A stretch of 64,000 nucleotides of DNA. Origin: Candidatus Woesearchaeota archaeon. GTDB lineage: Archaea > Nanobdellota > Nanobdellia > Pacearchaeales > GW2011-AR1. Below, one piece after another: positions 58,779 through 64,000 of the stretch. The notes beneath the pieces were generated by a model. The model was not told the origin of the DNA. It saw only the letters and a program-made list of their open reading frames with translations, and made no database searches. A program made the position numbers and the translations under genes. Each line of letters begins with the position of its first letter. Position 1 is the first letter of the stretch. The DNA is taken from the NCBI GenBank assembly GCA_964519415.1, contig CAZFJM010000003.1, forward strand, positions 5,668-69,667, given 5' to 3'.

Positions 58779-58841
58779 ATTTACACTAAAACTCCCGCAT
58801 TTAAAAATCCTGTGAATTCCTCAGAAATGGAACATATATTG

Positions 58842-59500
58842 CTATTTGGCATTGTTTTCTTTCTCCAATTTTCTTAAGGGTATTCTTGTTAATCCCCAGA
58901 TGTCCTGATATTCTTTTGGAACGTCTTTTTGTTTCCTTAAATAATTAATAGCTTTTTTTAAAATAGGCAAGGACTTGCCCCTCTCTGCGCAAATTCTATA
59001 TGCTTGTAAATTGCAAGGACGAATATTACAATTTTGATCTACGTGCAAAAAGTTAGTTTTATGACAGAGGTCACATTTTCTGTCAAAACAAATGCATCTA
59101 AGTGTTTCAAATTTACCATGTTTAGAAGTATATTTGTTAATGCCCCACAAATAAGAACTTTCTAGCTTAATTTCTCCTAAACTTTTCTTTATTAAATCTT
59201 CAAAGAGGATCTGTGGTTTTCCTTTAAATTGCATTGTTGGCATAGATTCAATAAATCTAGGAGTAATCCCTATTTTGTTAAAATATTTCACAAAATCAGG
59301 AATTTCTAAATCATTTTCGCCGACAAATATAGGAACATTGATTTTAATTATTTCAAAATAATCTTTATATTTATTTATGGCGTTTAAAACTTTAGTAAGA
59401 TCTGCTTGTCCTTTCATTAATTTTTTATTACGAGCATCTAAAGACACTATCAGGGATTTAGGAGATATAATTTTACAGCCTTGGGGAAATAAATTAATAA
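58842..59500 (-). pseudogene. 5'-truncated MoaA-like radical SAM gene
   Basis: VSLDA, IKINV, GEND, RFIESMP, CDLC..LHVD...IRPC; frame closes at TGA 59535-59537 with no CxxxCxxC. Confidence 0.7.
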
Positions 59501-59517
59501 ACGGTACTTCGCGAGAG

Positions 59518-60078
59518 GTGGTTTTAACGGAAAATCAAGCTCGTAAATTTGAACAAAGATTTACTCAAATGTGTGAAGAGGTATATAGAGAAAGATGCGA
59601 TGCTATTGATAAGTATGGAGTGCAGTCTAATCAAAATTTTTCTTTGCTTAAAATAGAAAAAAATGTTGAAGCGATAGGTAATTTCTTTAAGCAATATCAG
59701 CACTTCTCAAGAAATTCTTTAATAATTGATTTACATGGAGGAGCTTTAGGATTTACAAAAAGAGAATCACAAAGAAAAGATTTTTGTAGTATTGCTGATG
59801 GGTTAGTTACTATTTTTTCAGCAGGAGTAAATGAGGTAGATACCGAAAGTGAAACTTGGCAAGGAAAAATTTCTTGGACAGATAACATTGAAGATGTAAA
59901 TACTATCGATTCTTGGGTTGCTCACAAACTTCCTACAAAAATTGCTGAAGGATCTATGAAGCCTTACGTTAGACCTACTGAATTATCTTTTACTGGAGGT
60001 TATCATTTTACTTTATCTTCTGAAATGAACGAAGGGTTAAGGGCTTACATTGAACCTCTTTTATCTCTTCCAAAATAA
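59518..60078 (+). CDS. Hypothetical protein, probably 5'-truncated
   Basis: First ~40 codons of the track ORF are antisense to the radical SAM frame; true start unclear. Confidence 0.5.
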   Translation: MVLTENQARKFEQRFTQMCEEVYRERCDAIDKYGVQSNQNFSLLKIEKNVEAIGNFFKQYQHFSRNSLIIDLHGGALGFTKRESQRKDFCSIADGLVTIFSAGVNEVDTESETWQGKISWTDNIEDVNTIDSWVAHKLPTKIAEGSMKPYVRPTELSFTGGYHFTLSSEMNEGLRAYIEPLLSLPK

Positions 60079-60161
60079 GAATAGAAAAGGATTTCTTATC
60101 TTCAAAGATATATTTATTGGATTATACAAATGTATTTATATCTAAAAAAAGGCCTATTTTT

Positions 60162-61622
60162 ATGTCAATTAGTACAAGAACTAGTATTGAAGATTTGGAA
60201 AAAATAAAGATAATTCAAGGCGGAATGGGTTTAGGAGTTTCTGGATGGAGACTTGCAAAAAAAGTTTCTAGTTATATTCCTACAGGTTACGATTCTTCGC
60301 CATGTTTGGGACTTATATCTGCTACAGCTCCAGATGTTTTGTTAACTAGAGGATTGCAAAACGGGGATAAAAACGGGGAATTGCGTGAAGCTCTTTCACA
60401 CTTTCCAAATCAGGAGATTGCAAAAAAGATTTATGATAAATTCTTTATTGAAGGAGGTAAGTCTTCTGAGAAACCTTATCGTCTTAATCCCTTCCCCACA
60501 TTTGAAAAAACAGGAGATTTAGAATTTACATTAGCGAGTACAGATTTAGAAGATGTTCTTGTTACGGGTGCATTTACTGAAGTATATCTAGCAAAGAAAG
60601 GGCATACAAATCCTATTGGTGCAAATTTTTTAAATAAAATAGGATTTGCTCAACTTCCAACATTATATGGTGCAATGCTTGCAGGTTTAGATGTTGCATG
60701 TATTGGTGCAGGTTTTCCTAGAAATATTCCAGAAGCAATTTCTGCTTTTGTATCGGGCGAAACAGCTAGGATGGCTCTTCCAGTCAGTGGAAAACCATAC
60801 AGCATAGTTTTTGATCCAAAACGTTTTGGTAAACCTCAACTTCCCAAGCCTATATTTTTAGCAATAATTGGAAATCATTTAGGATTGAGAGGAGTGTCCA
60901 ACGCAGATGGATATGTTTTTGAAGGAGAATTGGCCGGAGGACATAATTTTCCCCCAAGAAGCAAGTCACTTAATGATATTGGAGAACCTTTATTCGGTGA
61001 AGAAGATAAAATAAATTTTGGAATAGTTAATTCAACGCTTTCAAGACGAGTAACTGTTCCTCCATTCTGGTTAGGTGGAAATTATTCCACTAGATTACAA
61101 GAAGCACTTTCACAAGGCGCAGCAGGTGTACAGGTTGGAACTCCCTTTGCACTGTGTAATGATTCCAATGCTCTTCCAGAGCTAAAGCAACAAGCAATAG
61201 AAGAAATATTTAGGGGAACAAAAGTATACACGAGTGCACGAGCTTCGCCAACAGGATTTCCATTTAAAGAATTACCCGTTCCAGGAACAATCTGTACTCA
61301 AGAAGTTTATGAAGCAAGAGAAAGAGTTTGCAATCTGGGATTTTTAGTATCTATTCATGAAGATTCAAATGGTAAATTATACACTAGATGTCCTGCAGAG
61401 CCTGTAAATGCATTCGTTCGCAAAGGTGGTTCACTCGAAGAAACCGTAGGTAGACAATGTTTATGCAATGGTTTATGTTCCACAATAGGGTTGGGTATGC
61501 CTGGAGAAAAACCAATAGTAACTTTAGGTGCTAATGTAGATGCTGTAAAGGATTTAGTCAATAAACATGGAACCGAATACTCTGCCGAGAATGTTATAGA
61601 CTATGTTTTAGGTCATAATTAG
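60162..61622 (+). CDS. Nitronate monooxygenase-family flavoprotein with Cys-rich C-terminus
   Basis: IIQGGMG, GAGFP, EG..AGGHN, GVQVGT, SPTGFP, CNLG..RCPAEP..CLCNGL. Confidence 0.88.
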   Translation: MSISTRTSIEDLEKIKIIQGGMGLGVSGWRLAKKVSSYIPTGYDSSPCLGLISATAPDVLLTRGLQNGDKNGELREALSHFPNQEIAKKIYDKFFIEGGKSSEKPYRLNPFPTFEKTGDLEFTLASTDLEDVLVTGAFTEVYLAKKGHTNPIGANFLNKIGFAQLPTLYGAMLAGLDVACIGAGFPRNIPEAISAFVSGETARMALPVSGKPYSIVFDPKRFGKPQLPKPIFLAIIGNHLGLRGVSNADGYVFEGELAGGHNFPPRSKSLNDIGEPLFGEEDKINFGIVNSTLSRRVTVPPFWLGGNYSTRLQEALSQGAAGVQVGTPFALCNDSNALPELKQQAIEEIFRGTKVYTSARASPTGFPFKELPVPGTICTQEVYEARERVCNLGFLVSIHEDSNGKLYTRCPAEPVNAFVRKGGSLEETVGRQCLCNGLCSTIGLGMPGEKPIVTLGANVDAVKDLVNKHGTEYSAENVIDYVLGHN

Positions 61623-61653
61623 ATTCAGAATACGCAAGTGGAAAAACAAGTAA

Positions 61654-62328
61654 TTAATTCTTCCAATCCTCAATCAACTTATCTTTCTCTTTTTCGCCAA
61701 TAAACTTTTCTTCAACTAGAAATTGTAAAAACGGAATAACTTTAGTATTTTCAGGAACCTTATCAACCAATTCAATATCAATTAAATCTTCTTCTGAAAG
61801 TGCAGCCATCGTTTCATCAAAAAAGCTCAAAACACTGTCTCTCGTAAAAGAATTCTTCATTATTTCTTCATCGAATGTTTTAGCATATTCTTCGTTTATT
61901 TTCTTTCTAGGCAAATTGAAGTCCTTTCCATCTTTCAAGCCCAAAGAGTCGCTCAAAAATGCCTTAAAATCGAAATTAGGGCAGTTAGAGAAGCAACTTA
62001 TATCCGGAACATCGTCTAAAAACTCCGGATTTCTTGCAACCGGGAAAGCTCGGCAAACAATAGGTCTTTCTTTATGTATAGAGCATTTATTATCTTTCAA
62101 AAAAGGACACGGTTCTTTAGTTAAAACATAACCCGTACAAAAATACTTTCCGCTTTTCTTATCCAAAACAAAATCAATAGGTTCAATTTTAATCTTTTTA
62201 TCGATACCTAATTTCTTAATTTTTTCAACTTCCCATTCAAATAATGGCAAACCTTTAGTGTTGCTATCTTCATCAGAAATCTTTCGACAACATTCTCCGC
62301 AACAAATACACTTAAATTTTAGCCCCAT
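61654..62328 (-). CDS. YkgJ family CxxCxxCC protein, paralog 2
   Basis: FKCICCGECC, PCPFLKDNKCSIHKERPIVCRAFP. Confidence 0.9.
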   Translation of the reverse strand: MGLKFKCICCGECCRKISDEDSNTKGLPLFEWEVEKIKKLGIDKKIKIEPIDFVLDKKSGKYFCTGYVLTKEPCPFLKDNKCSIHKERPIVCRAFPVARNPEFLDDVPDISCFSNCPNFDFKAFLSDSLGLKDGKDFNLPRKKINEEYAKTFDEEIMKNSFTRDSVLSFFDETMAALSEEDLIDIELVDKVPENTKVIPFLQFLVEEKFIGEKEKDKLIEDWKN

Positions 62329-62543
62329 CTCCAACAAGGTTTCTCTCCTTTCTTATAGCAAACCCATATTAAAATTATTGTAAATATAGAAATAACTATT
62401 AAATTCTTAAGCCATTCATGATCTAATGTGTTAATACTTATCATAAAAAGAACAACCCAAATTAATAGAGCTAACCAACCTTCCCAACTGCAAGGATACC
62501 AGCCCCAACCATAATGTTTAGCCTTAAACCACAACTTTTTCAT
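62319..62543 (-). CDS. Small 2-TM membrane protein
   Basis: WFKAKHYGWGWYPCSWEGW + two TMs + KGEKPCWRWG. Confidence 0.8.
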   Translation of the reverse strand: MKKLWFKAKHYGWGWYPCSWEGWLALLIWVVLFMISINTLDHEWLKNLIVISIFTIILIWVCYKKGEKPCWRWG

Positions 62544-62616
62544 AATAGATTAAAGAGAAACAGCATTATAAACCTATCATAAATATCCTTATAAACTTCT
62601 AATACTTTATTTATTT

Positions 62617-62937
62617 ATGGAATTGGAAAATATAGACTACATCTCCAAACAATCCAACCCTTCAGAAAGAATTAATCTCAATAAACTTACTCACTATCAT
62701 GGAAAGATCCTCCCTCCTAATTTTTCAAGAGACAAGTTTCTAGAAATTATTCCTGTACAGATTCCTAGTTGTACTTATGGATCTATTCAGCATCATCTCC
62801 CGTTTGGAGGAATTCATCCTAGCTTCGGAAAATATGCAATAGTTCTCAAAGATAAAACTATACAAGTTTTTTCAGATTCAGAATTGGGTGGACAACATTT
62901 AGTAGACTTACTTTATACTCTAGCAGAAAAATCCTGA
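62617..62937 (+). CDS. Hypothetical protein (106 aa)
   Basis: Own TATA about 21 nt upstream. Confidence 0.55.
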   Translation: MELENIDYISKQSNPSERINLNKLTHYHGKILPPNFSRDKFLEIIPVQIPSCTYGSIQHHLPFGGIHPSFGKYAIVLKDKTIQVFSDSELGGQHLVDLLYTLAEKS

Positions 62938-63033
62938 AAATAATAAGCCTGTTCTTTACGTAAATTCGGGAAAGATTTAAAAAGCAAAAGATTCTAAAGT
63001 GTTCAAAGAAGAGTTCTGTGATAATTTAGAAAA

Positions 63034-63390
63034 ATGAACAACGAAAAATTAATATTATCCGAAATATTGGCAGACGGCGTTTCAGGGAATAAATGGGAAT
63101 TAGAAGCGGGGGGCATAAATGCAAGTTACCAATTAGGAAGACTGGATGATGGTTCTGGAAACAAAATTGTAATTAATAATGAATCTCTCTCTGACACACA
63201 AGGGCGTTTTATGCATTCAGAAGGATCATGGAGATATGAGGATTATGGAACAATTAAAGCGAGATTAGATCCAAGAGCTCCAAAGGATCGCCGTCCGGAT
63301 ATGCTTTTACAGGGTAACTCCGTTTCTCTCTATAAGGGAGACACATTAAGATTTGGAGATGGGTTACGTTTAAATGTAACTTACTTTTAA
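63034..63390 (+). CDS. Degenerate FHA-domain protein
   Basis: LGR...NKIVIN..SLS..QGRF....WRYEDYG...LYKGDTLRFG. Confidence 0.6.
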   Translation: MNNEKLILSEILADGVSGNKWELEAGGINASYQLGRLDDGSGNKIVINNESLSDTQGRFMHSEGSWRYEDYGTIKARLDPRAPKDRRPDMLLQGNSVSLYKGDTLRFGDGLRLNVTYF

Positions 63391-63421
63391 TTATTTTCTA
63401 AAATCTTCTAAAGATGAACGT

Positions 63422-63967
63422 CTACTCTTTCAATTCTTTTCTTCTTTTCTTAATATGGGAAATAATATAAGGTAATGAAAACATTAATGCTCCTAGTCCT
63501 GCCATTTGAACAGAAGTTATCAGTCCAATATTAAAATATCCCGAAATATTATCTGTTCTAGCAGTATATTGCGCTACTTCGGGTCTTGTCTCTTCTATTT
63601 CCCTTTTTCTAATTTCAAGTCTTTCCATTAAACCGCTTAAGTTTCCTAGCTGTTCATTTTGAGATGCAACATTCTCTAACTGTACTCTTTCTAGCTTAGA
63701 AACTACCGCTTCAGATCTAAAATTATTTCTATCGAAGTTAAATAAGTAATTTTTTTTAGAATGTTCTATTGCTTCACTTAATTCCTTTGATGCCGGACCT
63801 ATATCCCAATACTCTTTTACAATTTCAGGGGCATTTTTAGCTCTATATCCTACATAATTAAAATGACCCGCAGCTAATGTTGTTGCAGCAATAATGCTAG
63901 CTATTGAAATGCGCGTTCCACACTTACTCATTCTCTCGCCAAATGAAAGCTCTGATTTTTTAATCAT
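63422..63967 (-). CDS. Hypothetical membrane protein (2 TM + coiled coil)
   Basis: Hydrophobic segments near both termini. Confidence 0.65.
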   Translation of the reverse strand: MIKKSELSFGERMSKCGTRISIASIIAATTLAAGHFNYVGYRAKNAPEIVKEYWDIGPASKELSEAIEHSKKNYLFNFDRNNFRSEAVVSKLERVQLENVASQNEQLGNLSGLMERLEIRKREIEETRPEVAQYTARTDNISGYFNIGLITSVQMAGLGALMFSLPYIISHIKKRRKELKE

Positions 63968-64000
63968 TAATTCTTGCGCTTCAGTAGAATGTCCTTTAGA

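Larger units (their letters stand above)
56564..60078. mobile_element. Putative tRNA-Tyr-integrated element or relic (right boundary unresolved)
   Basis: Integrase beside tRNA 3' end, accessory cargo, broken genes; no attR copy seen in window. Confidence 0.5.

Noticed and set aside
59535..59600. Restoring the radical SAM N-terminus by reading TGA as Trp
   Set aside because: Past TGA 59535 another TGA follows at 59565 with no CxxxCxxC, and the opposite strand looks coding
831..62131. Many 60-145 aa track ORFs nested in or antisense to clear genes (for example 831-1025, 10562-10999, 27942-28419, 42198-42545, 53243-53644)
   Set aside because: Shadow frames of well-supported genes, with no motifs or promoters
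1..64000. CRISPR array, rRNA, reverse transcriptase, transposase, intein
   Set aside because: No regularly spaced repeats, no long GC-rich non-coding block, no such motifs; MCM is normal length
1..64000. Full stop-codon reassignment (code 4/25-like)
   Set aside because: Conserved genes are full length in code 11, and TGA ends grpE, the aminopeptidases and the SOUL gene at expected positions

Overview
AT-rich chromosome segment of a reduced-genome archaeon. Gene content and leaderless promoter style point to DPANN, most plausibly Pacearchaeota/Woesearchaeota-like (inference). Core genes include rrp4 (partial), pyrH, rnp3, a PIN-rpo7-spt4-rps24e-rps27ae cluster, dph2, cbf5, mcm, RPA, scpB, aRF1, valS, rpl15e, grpE-dnaK-dnaJ, ackA, metG, ppsA, a Trm11-like methyltransferase and dus, interleaved with many short orphan ORFs. 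There are three tRNAs: Trp(CCA), Ile(GAT) and Tyr(GTA) with an 80-nt intron. A tyrosine integrase follows tRNA-Tyr and opens a decaying island (CYTH gene, headless MoaA-like radical SAM gene, nitronate monooxygenase). No rRNA, CRISPR array or reverse transcriptase was seen. Best leads: (1) a cassette of minimal ATP-dependent DNA ligase + HD hydrolase + unknown protein with SD sites, a terminator and a divergent TrmB gene; (2) a tRNA-Trp with two known UGA-readthrough features, alongside an aRF1 variant and scarce free-standing TGA stops; (3) short 3'-end duplications flanking apparently inserted genes; (4) the tRNA-Tyr island. All family calls come from reading motifs by eye; no searches were run. 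Several starts were moved from the ORF track to the more likely ATG.
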